Source: an uncultured Chloroflexia bacterium
Lineage (GTDB): Bacteria > Chloroflexota > Limnocylindria > Limnocylindrales > CSP1-4
Direction: 5' to 3'
Assembly: GCA_963720755.1 (NCBI GenBank)
Contig: CAVRGP010000011.1
Coordinates: forward strand, 832,001-896,000
DNA: 64,000 bases
The notes beneath the pieces were generated by a model. That model saw only the letters and a program-made list of their open reading frames with translations, ran no database searches and was not told the origin of the DNA. Shown here piece after piece: positions 48,072 through 58,600 of the stretch (positions within the stretch are counted from its first letter, which is position 1; every line of letters begins with the position of its first letter). Position numbers and translations under genes: made by a program.

Positions 48072-50246
48072 GTGGCCAGGGCAGCGCGACAGGCTCCGCC
48101 ACCGACCGATCCGGTCGAGTTGCTGTCGACGCCGCTGGCATCGTCGGGCCTCGTGGCGGGCGCCACCCTTCGTCGGGCCGGGATCAAACTCGATTTCTAC
48201 ACCGTCCGTGACCTGCTCTTCCACCTCCCGCGACGCTACGACGACCTCCGAGAGATGCGGAAGCTCGGCGACGTCGGCTGGGCCGGGGATGGGACCGTCG
48301 TCTCTGCCCGGGCCAGAGTCGCCGACATCCGGGTCGAGCCCGGCTTCCGTGGCCGAACGCAGCGGACCATCGCCCGCCTCGTGGACGACACCGGGTCGAT
48401 CGACGCCACCTGGTTCGGGCGACGCTTCATCGAGCGCCGGCTGGAGGTCGGCGGTGAGATCGTGGTGTCCGGCAAGGTCAAGCACTTCGGTCGTCGACTG
48501 ACCCTGGACAACCCGGAGTTCCAGGTCGTCGATGGTGAGACCGAGCTCCTCCACGCGGGCCGCATCGTGCCGGTCTATCGGCTCACCGGCGGTCTGACCG
48601 CCGCCCGCCTGCGGACCGCCATCCGGGAGGCGCTCGACCGGGCCGGTGATGCCTATCCGGAGTACCTGCCCGGATCGATCGTCGCCGACGAGCAGCTCGT
48701 CCCGATCGCCCGGGCGATCGAAGAGGCGCACTACCCCGACTCGTTCGAGGGCCGGGATGCGGCGCTCCGCCGCCTCGCGTTCGATGAATTGCTGGCCCTG
48801 CAACTGGGCATGGTGGCGCGCCGGCGTCAGCGCGTCCGCGATGCGGCCCCGGAGGTGACCGTCGATCCGGCGACCGACCGCCAGATCCGGGCCGGGCTGA
48901 CCGCCGCGCTGACCATTCGCGTCGGTCGCCCGGTCGAGCTCACCACGGACCAGGGATCCGCGATGACCGCCATCCGCGACGACCTTGCCCGCTCGATGCC
49001 GATGCTCCGGTTGCTCCAGGGCGACGTGGGCTCCGGGAAGACCGCGGTTGCTGCCTACGCCCTGGCCGCGACCGCGGGGGCCGGGCTCCAAGGGGCCCTT
49101 CTGGCACCGACGGATCTCCTGGCTCGACAGCATCTTGAAACCGTCGGCGCCCTGCTCGAGGAAGTCGGTATCGGGGTGACGCTGCTGACCGGTTCGCTGA
49201 AGGCCGACGTGAAAGCCAAGGCCGTCGAGGCCATCGCCACCGGGCAGGCGAGGGTGGTGGTCGGGACCCACGCACTGATCCAGGAAGCCGTGACCTTCGC
49301 CGATCTGGGTCTCGTGGTGATCGATGAGCAGCATCGCTTCGGCGTCGACCAGCGCGGTGCCCTGGAGGCCAAGGCGGGCGGGCGGTCGCCGCACGTCCTG
49401 CTCATGACGGCAACGCCGATCCCGCGGACGCTCGGACAGGTCCTGTACGCCGATCTCGATGTCTCAGACCTGCGGACACCACCGGCAGGTCGTGTCCGGA
49501 TCAGGACCGGGATCCGTCATCCGACCGACCTCGACGGGACCTGGCGGAAGGTTCGTGACGAAGCCGCGCTCGGCCATCGGACATTCGTCGTGGTCCCACT
49601 CATCGAGGACAGCGGCGATGAGGGTGACGGTGCGGTCGCGGCGGAAACAGAGGCGGTCAGGATCGCCGCCCTGCTCGACCCGTTGCGGGTGGGCATGGTC
49701 CACGGTCGGCTCAAACCAGCCCGACGCGACGAGGAGATGCGTCGGTTCCGTGACGGCGAGCTGGATGTCCTCGTGGGCACGACCGTGATCGAGGTCGGGG
49801 TCGATGTGCCGGCCGCGACGATGATGGTCGTGGAGGGAGCGGACCGCTTTGGACTCGCCCAACTCCACCAATTGCGTGGTCGGGTCGGTCGGGCGTCGGA
49901 CGAGTCGTACTGCGTGCTCGTATCCGATTCGAGCGATGAGGTCGCGCAGGCCCGACTCAAGGCGGTGGCGGAGACGCACGACGGCTTCGAACTTGCCGAG
50001 CGCGACTTCGAATTGCGGCGTGAAGGCGACGTTCTGGGCCTGGCCCAGAGTGGGTTCCCGCGCCTGCGCGTCGCGTCGCTCCAGATCCACGAGCATCGTC
50101 AGCTCGCCGTTCGTGCCAGGTTCCACGCGGAGGCACTGCTCGACGCCGCCGGACGGATGGACCCGGCCCGGCCGGCGTTGAGCGCTGAACTCGAGGCCGG
50201 GTGGTTGCGCCGGGTCGCGGCCGGCGAACCGGCAAGTGGCGCATGA
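48072..50246 (+). CDS. recG: ATP-dependent DNA helicase RecG
   Basis: QGDVGSGKT, DEQHRFG, MTATPIPRT, QLRGRVGR. Confidence 0.97.
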   Translation: MARAARQAPPPTDPVELLSTPLASSGLVAGATLRRAGIKLDFYTVRDLLFHLPRRYDDLREMRKLGDVGWAGDGTVVSARARVADIRVEPGFRGRTQRTIARLVDDTGSIDATWFGRRFIERRLEVGGEIVVSGKVKHFGRRLTLDNPEFQVVDGETELLHAGRIVPVYRLTGGLTAARLRTAIREALDRAGDAYPEYLPGSIVADEQLVPIARAIEEAHYPDSFEGRDAALRRLAFDELLALQLGMVARRRQRVRDAAPEVTVDPATDRQIRAGLTAALTIRVGRPVELTTDQGSAMTAIRDDLARSMPMLRLLQGDVGSGKTAVAAYALAATAGAGLQGALLAPTDLLARQHLETVGALLEEVGIGVTLLTGSLKADVKAKAVEAIATGQARVVVGTHALIQEAVTFADLGLVVIDEQHRFGVDQRGALEAKAGGRSPHVLLMTATPIPRTLGQVLYADLDVSDLRTPPAGRVRIRTGIRHPTDLDGTWRKVRDEAALGHRTFVVVPLIEDSGDEGDGAVAAETEAVRIAALLDPLRVGMVHGRLKPARRDEEMRRFRDGELDVLVGTTVIEVGVDVPAATMMVVEGADRFGLAQLHQLRGRVGRASDESYCVLVSDSSDEVAQARLKAVAETHDGFELAERDFELRREGDVLGLAQSGFPRLRVASLQIHEHRQLAVRARFHAEALLDAAGRMDPARPALSAELEAGWLRRVAAGEPASGA

Positions 50247-50821
50247 GCGGCGCGGCCGCCGGCCGGATCATCGCCGGGTCCGCCCGGGGTACCCGGTTGG
50301 ACGCACCCGGACCCGGCACCCGGCCGCTGGGGGATCGGGTCAAGCAGACGCTCTTCGCGATCCTCGCTCCCGATCTGCCGGGCTCCCGTGTCCTCGACTT
50401 GTTCGCGGGATCCGGGGCGGCCGGGCTCGAGGCGTTGTCGCGGGGCGCGGCCCACGCCACGTTCGTCGACCGGGATCGGATCGCCGTCGAGGTCATCGCC
50501 CGAAATCTTGCGCGAACGCACCTCGCAGGAGCCGCCGCCACGATCGTCCGAGCCGAGGCGTTGGGCTGGTTGCGCGGACTCGGCGCCGACCGTCTTGGCG
50601 AGTTCGACGTCGCGATCGTGGATCCGCCATATGCGGAACCCGGCCTGCTGGCGGCCGCCCTCGAAGCCCTCGCGCCCTACCTGTCCGAGGACGCCCGGGT
50701 CGTCGCCAAGCATTTCTGGCGCGACCGACCGCCACCGGCCGTGGGACTGCTAGCATCGGAGCGCGAACGTCGGTTCGGGGAGACCACCCTCACCTTCTAC
50801 CGCGCACAGGAGGATCGATGA
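50243..50821 (+). CDS. rsmD: 16S rRNA m2G966 methyltransferase
   Basis: RIIAG, LDLFAGSG, EALSRGA, DPPY. Confidence 0.93.
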   Translation: MSGAAAGRIIAGSARGTRLDAPGPGTRPLGDRVKQTLFAILAPDLPGSRVLDLFAGSGAAGLEALSRGAAHATFVDRDRIAVEVIARNLARTHLAGAAATIVRAEALGWLRGLGADRLGEFDVAIVDPPYAEPGLLAAALEALAPYLSEDARVVAKHFWRDRPPPAVGLLASERERRFGETTLTFYRAQEDR

Positions 50822-51315
50822 ACACGATCGCGGTCTATCCGGGGTCGTTCGACCCGATCACGAACGGCCACCTTGACATCGTGGCCCGCGCCACGGACGT
50901 CTTCGACCGGGTGATCGTGGCGGTCCTCGCCAACCCGCGCAAGGCGCCACTGTTCCCGGTCGACCAGCGCATCGGGATCATCGCCGAGGCGCTGGCGGGG
51001 ACCCGGGTCGATCCGAGCCGCTTCGAGATCACCGCGTTCGATGGCCTGACGGTGGCCCTGTGCCACGAGCAGGGGGCGACGGCGATCGTTCGAGGGTTGC
51101 GGGCGATCAGCGACTTCGAGACAGAGATGCAGCTCGCCCACAACAACCGCATCCTCGCCCCGGATGTGGACACGGTCTTCTTCATGACCGCGAGCGCCAA
51201 CGGCTACGTGAGTTCGAGCCTGGTCAAGGAGATCGCGAGCCTGGGTGGTGACGTGTCCGCGATGATCCCGGCCGCGGCCCTCCGGGCGCTTGACGGCGCA
51301 GTTCGAACCGGCTGA
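50818..51315 (+). CDS. coaD: Phosphopantetheine adenylyltransferase
   Basis: YPGSFDPITNGH, RGLR, SSSLVKE. Confidence 0.97.
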   Translation: MNTIAVYPGSFDPITNGHLDIVARATDVFDRVIVAVLANPRKAPLFPVDQRIGIIAEALAGTRVDPSRFEITAFDGLTVALCHEQGATAIVRGLRAISDFETEMQLAHNNRILAPDVDTVFFMTASANGYVSSSLVKEIASLGGDVSAMIPAAALRALDGAVRTG

Positions 51316-51387
51316 CCGGGACGCGCCCGTGCCATACTGGCGGCCAGCCGGATAGACACGAGCCTCGCCAGCCGGGAGGGCAGTCCG

Positions 51388-51921
51388 ATCGACATCATCT
51401 TTCTCGTGGAGCGACTCGAATCGCTGATCGCGAATGGCAAGAAGCTGCCGCTCACGACGAATGTCGTTCTCGACCAGAACGCCGCCCTCGGCCTGATCGA
51501 CGAGCTCCGCGTGGCGGTCCCTGAAGAAGTCCGGGCAGCCAAACGGATCAACGCCGAAGGCGAGCGGATCATCGAGAAGGCCCAGGAAGAGGCTGAACGG
51601 ATCGTCGGTCGCGCCCAGGAGCAGGCCGCCTTCCTCATCGATGAGCGGGGACTGACTCAGGCGGCGGATGCCCAGAGTCAGGCGATCATCGCCGATGCGC
51701 ACGCCACCGCAGACCAGATCCGGGGCGGCGCGGACGAGTACGCCGTCAGCGTGCTCATCGGGCTCGAGGACGACGTCAAGAAGACGCTGACCAGTATCGA
51801 GAAAGGCATCGCGATGCTGGATGAGCGGCGCGCCTCGATCTTGCCCGAGGGCGATGGCGCCGATCCGGATGCCCAGCGGTGGGAAGACGTGGAGGCCGCA
51901 CCAGCCGAAAGTCCGAGGTGA
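51388..51921 (+). CDS. Coiled-coil DivIVA/ATPase-like protein of the coaD-yceD locus; probable ATC start at 51388 (first GTG at 51406)
   Basis: SD GGGAGGG, then ATC GAC ATC ATC TTT CTC; (M)DIIFLVERLE..., GADEYA motif. Confidence 0.8.
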   Translation: MDIIFLVERLESLIANGKKLPLTTNVVLDQNAALGLIDELRVAVPEEVRAAKRINAEGERIIEKAQEEAERIVGRAQEQAAFLIDERGLTQAADAQSQAIIADAHATADQIRGGADEYAVSVLIGLEDDVKKTLTSIEKGIAMLDERRASILPEGDGADPDAQRWEDVEAAPAESPR

Positions 51922-52475
51922 CGTCGGCCCAGCCGGTTGAACGCCAACTGACCTGGAACGTCGCCGGGCTCCTTGCCGACGATCCCGGTTCCGATCGGGT
52001 CACCGTCGTCGATGGTGTGTCGATCGATCTCGGACCCGACCTTGCCCTCGCGGCGCCGATCGGGGGGCGGGTGCGGTTGATCCGGACCAACCGCGGGATC
52101 CTCGCCCAGGCCGACCTCGAGACCGCCCTCCGGCTGGACTGCAGCCGTTGCCTTCGCGATCTGGAGTTGCCGGTCGTGATCCGGCTCAGCGAGGAATTCC
52201 TGCCGGCCCTCGACCTGGCGACGGGACGGCCGCTTGCCGTGGACGACGAGCCCGACGTCGCACGATTGACCGATCACCATGAGCTCGACCTCGAAACGGC
52301 AGTCCGCGAAGCCATCCAGCTGGCGGAGCCGATCGCCCCGGTCTGCCGACCCGATTGCCCGGGTCTCTGCAGCGTCTGCGGCGGCCGACTCGACACTGGA
52401 CGCCACGACCATCCCGACGAGGACATCGATCCCCGGTTGGAGGCGCTGCGCGGCTTCCGGGCGGACGATACGTGA
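51918..52475 (+). CDS. YceD/DUF177 protein
   Basis: CSRCL, C.PDCPGLC..CG, IDPRL; upstream of rpmF. Confidence 0.93.
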   Translation: MTSAQPVERQLTWNVAGLLADDPGSDRVTVVDGVSIDLGPDLALAAPIGGRVRLIRTNRGILAQADLETALRLDCSRCLRDLELPVVIRLSEEFLPALDLATGRPLAVDDEPDVARLTDHHELDLETAVREAIQLAEPIAPVCRPDCPGLCSVCGGRLDTGRHDHPDEDIDPRLEALRGFRADDT

Positions 52476-52600
52476 CGGCGGTAGCCGATTCGCGGTAGAC
52501 TCCGCCGTCGGTCCGACGATCTCACCCGAGGTTTCCGGCACCCCCAGCGAACAAGCCAATGCATCGCGTCCCGCGATGACCCGAAGGAGCCCGCGATCTC

Positions 52601-52801
52601 ATGGGAGTACCCAAGCGACGCGTCTCGCATGCCCGACAGGGCGAGCGGCGCGCACACCTCGCGATCAGCGTCCCGACGCTCGAGGAGTGCTCGCACTGCC
52701 ACGAGATGAAGCTGCCGCATCACGTCTGTCCGAACTGCGGCTATTACCAGGGGCGCCTGGCGGTCGAGCTCAAGCCAGCCACCGACGACGCCGCGCGCTG
52801 A
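52601..52801 (+). CDS. rpmF: 50S ribosomal protein L32
   Basis: MGVPKRRVS, CSHC..PHHVCPNCGYY. Confidence 0.97.
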   Translation: MGVPKRRVSHARQGERRAHLAISVPTLEECSHCHEMKLPHHVCPNCGYYQGRLAVELKPATDDAAR

Positions 52802-52805
52802 CGCG

Positions 52806-53861
52806 GTGACCCGACCCGACCCCCAGCCGACGAGCGTCGACATGGCGGGGGTCCGTGTCGCGGTCGACGCGATGGGCGGCGATCACGGGCCTGCCGAGGT
52901 CGTTCCCGGAGCCATCGATCACGCCCTGGCCCACCCGGAGGATCGGATCATCCTCGTCGGCGACGATGCGGCCATCCGGGCGATCGGTCGCGATCTCCCC
53001 GCCAACGTGTCGATCGTCATCGCCACGGAGGTCGTGGGCATGGACGAGCATCCGGCACTTGCCCTGCGGGAGAAGAAGGATTCTTCGATCCTCGTCGCGG
53101 TCGACCTCGTGAAACGTGGCGAGGCTGACGCCGTCGTGACCGCCGGTCACACGGGGGCTGGGATGGCGGCCGCGGTGTTGCGGCTCGGCCGGCTTCCAGG
53201 GGTCGACCGGCCCGCCCTCGCCGTCCAGATGATGACCGCCACCGGCCCCATCGTCCTTCTCGATATCGGGGCGAACCCGGATTCGACGCCCGAGAACCTC
53301 GTCCAGTACGCACGGATGGGCGCGATCTTCGCCGAGCGGGTCCTCGGGGTGGCCGAACCCCGCGTCGCGCTCCTCTCGATCGGCGAGGAGAAGGGGAAGG
53401 GCGATGCCCGGATCCAGCGCGCAACCGAGTTGCTCGATGCGTCCGACATGCACTTCCAGGGCAACGTCGAGGGCAAAGATCTGACGACCCATGGCGCCGA
53501 CGTCGTGGTCTGCGACGCCGTGCTGGGCAACGTCGTGATCAAGTTCTACGAGGGACTCTCGACCTTCATCTTCGACCTGTGGCGGGGCGAATTCCGAGGT
53601 TCCATCCGCGGCCGGCTGGCGTATCTGCTGATGCGCCCGGGGATCGGCCGGATCAGGGACACGTTCGACTACGAGCAGGTCGGTGGATCCCCGCTGCTCG
53701 GGGTCCGCGGGTCGGTCATCATCACCCACGGTCGGGCGAGGCGTCGGATGGTCGCATTCGCGTGCGGCGTCGCCGCCACCACCGCTCGGACCGGGGTGCC
53801 CGGTCTCATCGCGGAGTCGCTCGGTCGATCGACGGTGCAGCAGCCCGGAGCCACGCCGTGA
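52806..53861 (+). CDS. plsX: Phosphate acyltransferase
   Basis: VDAMGGDHGP, KKDSS, RPALA, LDIGAN, GEEKGKG, GNVEG. Confidence 0.96.
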   Translation: MTRPDPQPTSVDMAGVRVAVDAMGGDHGPAEVVPGAIDHALAHPEDRIILVGDDAAIRAIGRDLPANVSIVIATEVVGMDEHPALALREKKDSSILVAVDLVKRGEADAVVTAGHTGAGMAAAVLRLGRLPGVDRPALAVQMMTATGPIVLLDIGANPDSTPENLVQYARMGAIFAERVLGVAEPRVALLSIGEEKGKGDARIQRATELLDASDMHFQGNVEGKDLTTHGADVVVCDAVLGNVVIKFYEGLSTFIFDLWRGEFRGSIRGRLAYLLMRPGIGRIRDTFDYEQVGGSPLLGVRGSVIITHGRARRRMVAFACGVAATTARTGVPGLIAESLGRSTVQQPGATP

Positions 53862-54172
53862 GCGGCCCCGAGGTCACGGTCGGGCGGGGTGTCATCGCCG
53901 AACTCGTTCGTCTGGCGGCGTTCGAGGTTCCCGGGGTTGCCCGGGTGGGTCGGGGCGGTCCCGCCTGGCGACGCTTGCTCGGGGGACGGGCCGTGGCGGT
54001 ACGGATCCACGATGACCGGGTCCTCGTTCGGATCCGGATCGTGGCCCGGCCGGGCCGATCCCTGACAGCGGTGACATCTGAAGTCCGTAGCGCGGTCGCG
54101 GCGACCGTCGAGCGGTTGCTGGGTCTCGAGCTCGAGACGGTGACCGTGCTGGTCGATGGCGTCGGGGGCTGA
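53858..54172 (+). CDS. Asp23/Gls24 family protein (YqhY-like)
   Basis: EVPGV motif; position before nusB. Confidence 0.8.
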   Translation: MSGPEVTVGRGVIAELVRLAAFEVPGVARVGRGGPAWRRLLGGRAVAVRIHDDRVLVRIRIVARPGRSLTAVTSEVRSAVAATVERLLGLELETVTVLVDGVGG

Positions 54173-54686
54173 CCTCGTCCGCGGCCGGCGGGCCGGGCGG
54201 CGACTCGCCCTTGCCGCGGTCTTCGAGGCCGATTTCGGGCAGCGGACCGCCGATTCCGTCCTCGAGCGCCACCTGGCCGAATCGGAGCGCAGCGACGACG
54301 CGGCAGGCCTTGCCCGGGAACTCGTGGCGGCGGTCACGACCTATCGCGACGCCATCGATGCCGAGATCACCCGACGAGCGCCGCAGTATCCGGTGACCGG
54401 GCTTGCCCGGATGGATCGGACCCTGCTCCGTTGCGCCATATCCGAGGTGCTACACTCGGCCACGCCGGCCCGGGTGGCCATCGCCGAGTGGGTCGAGCTG
54501 GCACGCACATACAGTGGAGAACCGATGCGGCGCCTCATGAATGGCGTCCTCGGGAGCATCGCAGCGGAGCCCAGCGGCACGCGGCCGACGGCACCAGCAC
54601 CCATCTCCGAGGAGGGAGTCAGTGGCAACAACGTACGAGCGCCTCAAGAAGATCGTGGTCGAGCAGCTCGGCGCGGACGAGGATGA
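54156..54686 (+). CDS. nusB: Transcription antitermination factor NusB
   Basis: [25 protein letters not shown]. Confidence 0.9.
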   Translation: MASGADLVRGRRAGRRLALAAVFEADFGQRTADSVLERHLAESERSDDAAGLARELVAAVTTYRDAIDAEITRRAPQYPVTGLARMDRTLLRCAISEVLHSATPARVAIAEWVELARTYSGEPMRRLMNGVLGSIAAEPSGTRPTAPAPISEEGVSGNNVRAPQEDRGRAARRGRG

Positions 54687-54858
54687 GGTCAAGCCCGAGG
54701 CGTCATTCGTCGATGACCTGAATGCCGATTCCCTCGACCTGGTCGAACTCATCATGAGCCTCGAAGAGGAGTTCGGGACGGAGATCTCGGACGAGGATGC
54801 GGAGAAGATCCGCACCGTCCAGGACGCTGTCGATTACATCGACGAGCGATCGTCCTAG
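54622..54858 (+). CDS. acpP: Acyl carrier protein
   Basis: [14 protein letters not shown]; SD GAGGAGGG. Confidence 0.96.
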   Translation: MATTYERLKKIVVEQLGADEDEVKPEASFVDDLNADSLDLVELIMSLEEEFGTEISDEDAEKIRTVQDAVDYIDERSS

Positions 54859-54893
54859 CACCACCCGCGGGCGTCGGCCGGGACCTCGACGGC

Positions 54894-55619
54894 GTGCGTC
54901 CGGCCGAGGCCCTCGCTGCGCGGATCGATCTGCCGGTCCGCGATCTGGCACTGCTCGATCAAGCGCTCGTTCACTCGAGCTGGTATCACGAGCATCGTGA
55001 CGCCGGTCCCGGCCATAACGAGCGCCTCGAGTTCCTCGGTGACGCCGTGATCAACCTGGCGATCTCGCAGGCCCTCTACGCGCGCCATCCGCTCGATGAC
55101 GAGGGTGATCTGAGTGCCCGGCGGGCGGCGATCGTGTCAGCTGCCGGCCTTGCCCGACTGGCCGGCCGCATCGACCTCGGACGGTTCCTGCTCCTCGGCG
55201 AGGGCGAGGCGCAACGGAGCGCGCGCAAACGACCGACCCTCCTGGCCTCCACCTTCGAGGCCGTCGCTGGCGCCCTCTATCTGGATCTCGGGTTCGAGGC
55301 GGTCACCACGTGGCTCCTCGACCTGGCCGATCCGGAGCTGACCGCAGAAGGGCCCGTGGGTGCGCTCAAGAGTCCCAAGAGCCGCCTGCAGGAGTACACC
55401 CAGCGGACATCGGGTTCCCGGCCGTCGTATCGACTTCTTGACGCGACCGGACCGGATCACGAGAAGTCGTTCCGGATCGAGGCCTGGGTCGATGGCGTGC
55501 TCCTGGGGACGGGTGAAGGACCGTCTCGACGCATCGCCGAGACGGCTGCCGCGGCACAGGCGATGGATGCGCTCCGGGTCACGACCGAGGCGTCGGGTGG
55601 GGAGGGATCGGGCGCATGA
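54894..55619 (+). CDS. rnc: Ribonuclease III
   Basis: NERLEFLGDAV; dsRBD KSRLQE...GPDH. Confidence 0.96.
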   Translation: MRPAEALAARIDLPVRDLALLDQALVHSSWYHEHRDAGPGHNERLEFLGDAVINLAISQALYARHPLDDEGDLSARRAAIVSAAGLARLAGRIDLGRFLLLGEGEAQRSARKRPTLLASTFEAVAGALYLDLGFEAVTTWLLDLADPELTAEGPVGALKSPKSRLQEYTQRTSGSRPSYRLLDATGPDHEKSFRIEAWVDGVLLGTGEGPSRRIAETAAAAQAMDALRVTTEASGGEGSGA

Positions 55620-58600
55620 GCACGATAGGCCCGCCCACGGAACCGCGGCTGCTGGCATTGCGCCTGCAGGGGTTCAAGTCATTCGCGGAACGGACGAACG
55701 TCGAGTTCGGGCCGGGCATCAGCGCGGTCGTCGGGCCGAATGGTTCGGGCAAGAGCAATCTCGCGGACGCCCTCCGCTGGGCCCTCGGCGAGCAGGGTCG
55801 GGCGCTCCGGTCGCGCAAGTCCGAGGACGTGATCTGGGCCGGTTCAGAGAAGCGCGCGGCGCAGGGCATGGCGGACGTCACCCTGGTCCTGGACAACGCT
55901 GACGGTCTCCTGCCCGTCGAGTTCCAGGTCCTCGAGCTCGGTCGCCGACTGTATCGGTCGGGCGAGAACGATTATCTGCTCAACAAGAGTCGGATCCGAC
56001 TACGGGATCTGGTCGACCTGCTCGATGCGGCCCACCTCGCCGACAACGCCTTCCTGTTCATCGGCCAGGGGATGGTCGACCAGGCGCTCGCCCTCCGACC
56101 CGAGGAGCGCCGGCCGCTGTTCGAAGAGGTTGCCGGGGTGCGTCGCCACGAACGCCGCCGCCGGAAGGCCGAAGAGCAGCTGGTCGAGTCCGAGGCGAAC
56201 CTGGCCCGGGTCGAGGACATCCTGGGCGAGCTGCGACCGCAGGCTCGTCGACTTGCAGCCCAGGCTGAACAACAGGCCAACCGCGATACGACCGCCGACG
56301 AACTCATGGCCGCGCTGCTGATCAGCATGCATACCCGATGGTACGAGGCAGCCCGGCGTTCGGAGATCGTCGAGGGCGTTCGTGCGCGAGCCGCGTCCGC
56401 GGTGGAGCAGGCCATGCGCGAGCTGAGCGTGGCCGAGCATGCGGCGACGACGCTGTCGGGCGAGCTCGCCGCTCGTACCAGGCTCGAGCGCGATCGGCGC
56501 GAGGCACACGATGCCGCCCAGGCGGCCGTGACCGAGGCTCGACTGCGTGACGCCCGGCTCGCTTCCGAACTCGAAGCCGTCGAGCGTGATCGTGAGCGTC
56601 TTCAAGCCGAGCGTCTCGCGGCGGAAGCGGAACTGGCCACTGGCCGACGAGCGCTCGCAAGCCCTGTCCCGTCGAGGGACCTGGACCTCGAATTTGCCGC
56701 GGCAACTGCCGAGCGCGACCTCGCCGACGCCCTCGCCGAGTTGGTCGCGCTCCGGACCGCGCGCCAGGCGCAGGGGCAGGAGTTGGCCGCGCTGCGCCGC
56801 GTCGCTGCCGCGCGCCAGGCCGAGCGCGAGACCATCCGTCGCCAGTTGGTCGACATCGAGGAGCGGGCGTCGGAGGCCGCTGCCGAGGCCGAAGTCGCGA
56901 CGATCCGCCGAACGGCGCTCGAGTCGGAGGTGGCCCTGGCCGGGGCCGCGGTCGTCGAGGCGACCGAACGGGAGCGCGTGGCGGCGACGGACCGGGAAGC
57001 GGCGCGTGACGGAGCCAGCACCGCAGAAGCCGCCCGTGTGGCCGCCAACGAGCAGGTCGTTGCTGCCAGCTCCAGTCTGGCCGCCCTCCGTGCCCGTCTC
57101 GATGGATTGGAGCGCCGTCTTGCCGAAGAGGAGCAGCGCGGCATCGCCACGGCCGCCCGGCGGATCGGCGGTCGCCGCCTTGACGAGGACCTCGATATCG
57201 ATCCGACCCTTCGTGCGGCGTCCGAGGCGGCGCTGGCAGACGCGACCCGGGCGTATCTCGTCGGAGCGGACCATGTCCAGGGCCTCGCCAACGAGCGGGG
57301 CGCGCTTGTCGTCACGGAGCGCGCGACCGGGCCGGCCGGACCGGTCGACGCGCGTGAACGTCGGTTCCGAGAGGCGATCCAGGCCGCCGGTGGCGGGACC
57401 CTCGATGCCGCCGTGCGCCGCGACGCAACGGGCGCCGCACGTCGCATCCTGGCCCGGGCGGCCTGGCTGCCCGACCTCGCGACGTGCCTGGAGGTCCAGG
57501 CCGGCTTGCCCCCGGGTTGGATCCTCGTTCCCCGCGATGGGAGCGCCGTGGTCACGGATCTCGGCGTCACCTTCGGAGCTGGCGAGTCCGTCCTCGAACG
57601 TCGTGCCGAGGCGACTCGATTGACCCATGAGATCGAGGTGATCGACTCCAAGCTCGACACGCTCCGGGAGATCGACGAGCGTCGGACGATCGCGGCCCGG
57701 GATGCGCTGGCCGCGGTGGAGGCGGCACGGGCGGAGGAGAGCCGGGCGAGCGGCGAACGCCGTGCTGCAGAGGAAGCCGAGCGCGTCGTCGCCCGTCGAC
57801 TCGAGACGGCCGTTCGCGAATCGACCTGGCACGAAGCGCAGGCCGCCAGACTCGAGCTCGATCGGGCGCGAGCCGCTGAGGCCGTCGCCGCCGATGAGGC
57901 GGTCCCGAGCGGGCCCGACGATCATGCCGACGGACGTCCGGGGGACGAGTCGGACGACGGCGCCGCGCTCGCGGCCTGGGAAGCCCGTGCGACCGAGCTG
58001 CGGGTCCGGCGCGACCGTCTGGCGGCCAAAGTGAGCCAGGGTGAAACGGCGCGTCGAGAGGCCGACAATCGCCGCGCCAACGCAGAGGCATCGACCCGCA
58101 TCGCGGAAGAGCGGATCGCCCGCGCGGACGCGGACAGCCTGCGGCTGGGTGAGCGGGAGCGCGCGCTTCACGAAGAACGCGACATCCTCCGGACGGATCT
58201 CGCGACCAGCATCGCCAGGGGCTCCGCCGCGCGTGATGCCCTCGCCGAAGTCCATGCTGCCGATGCTGCCGATCGCGACCGACTGGCCGCGGCCGAGCGT
58301 GACGCGAGCGCCTCCCGGGAGCGGCTTCGCGCGGTCGACAGCCGCCTCCGTGGAGCGGACCACGATGCCCTCGAGGCACGACTTGCCCTCGATTCGCTCC
58401 ACGAAACGATGGTCGCGGAGCTGGCCAGCCTCGGCGATCTCGCATCGGATCGATTGACCGCGCTTGCCGGGGCGCCGGCGACCGAGGCCGAGCCTGCCCG
58501 CGCCGGCGACGGGCCGGACGGCGAGGGTGGAGGGTCGGCCGCCGACGGAGCGGACGACATCGTCGCCCTGGAGGCCCTCCTGGGTCGGGCAACCGCCCGC

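Noticed and set aside
54622-54686. 65-nt nusB/acpP overlap as a regulatory feature
   Set aside because: The NusB domain ends before the overlap; the tail looks like a non-conserved extension.
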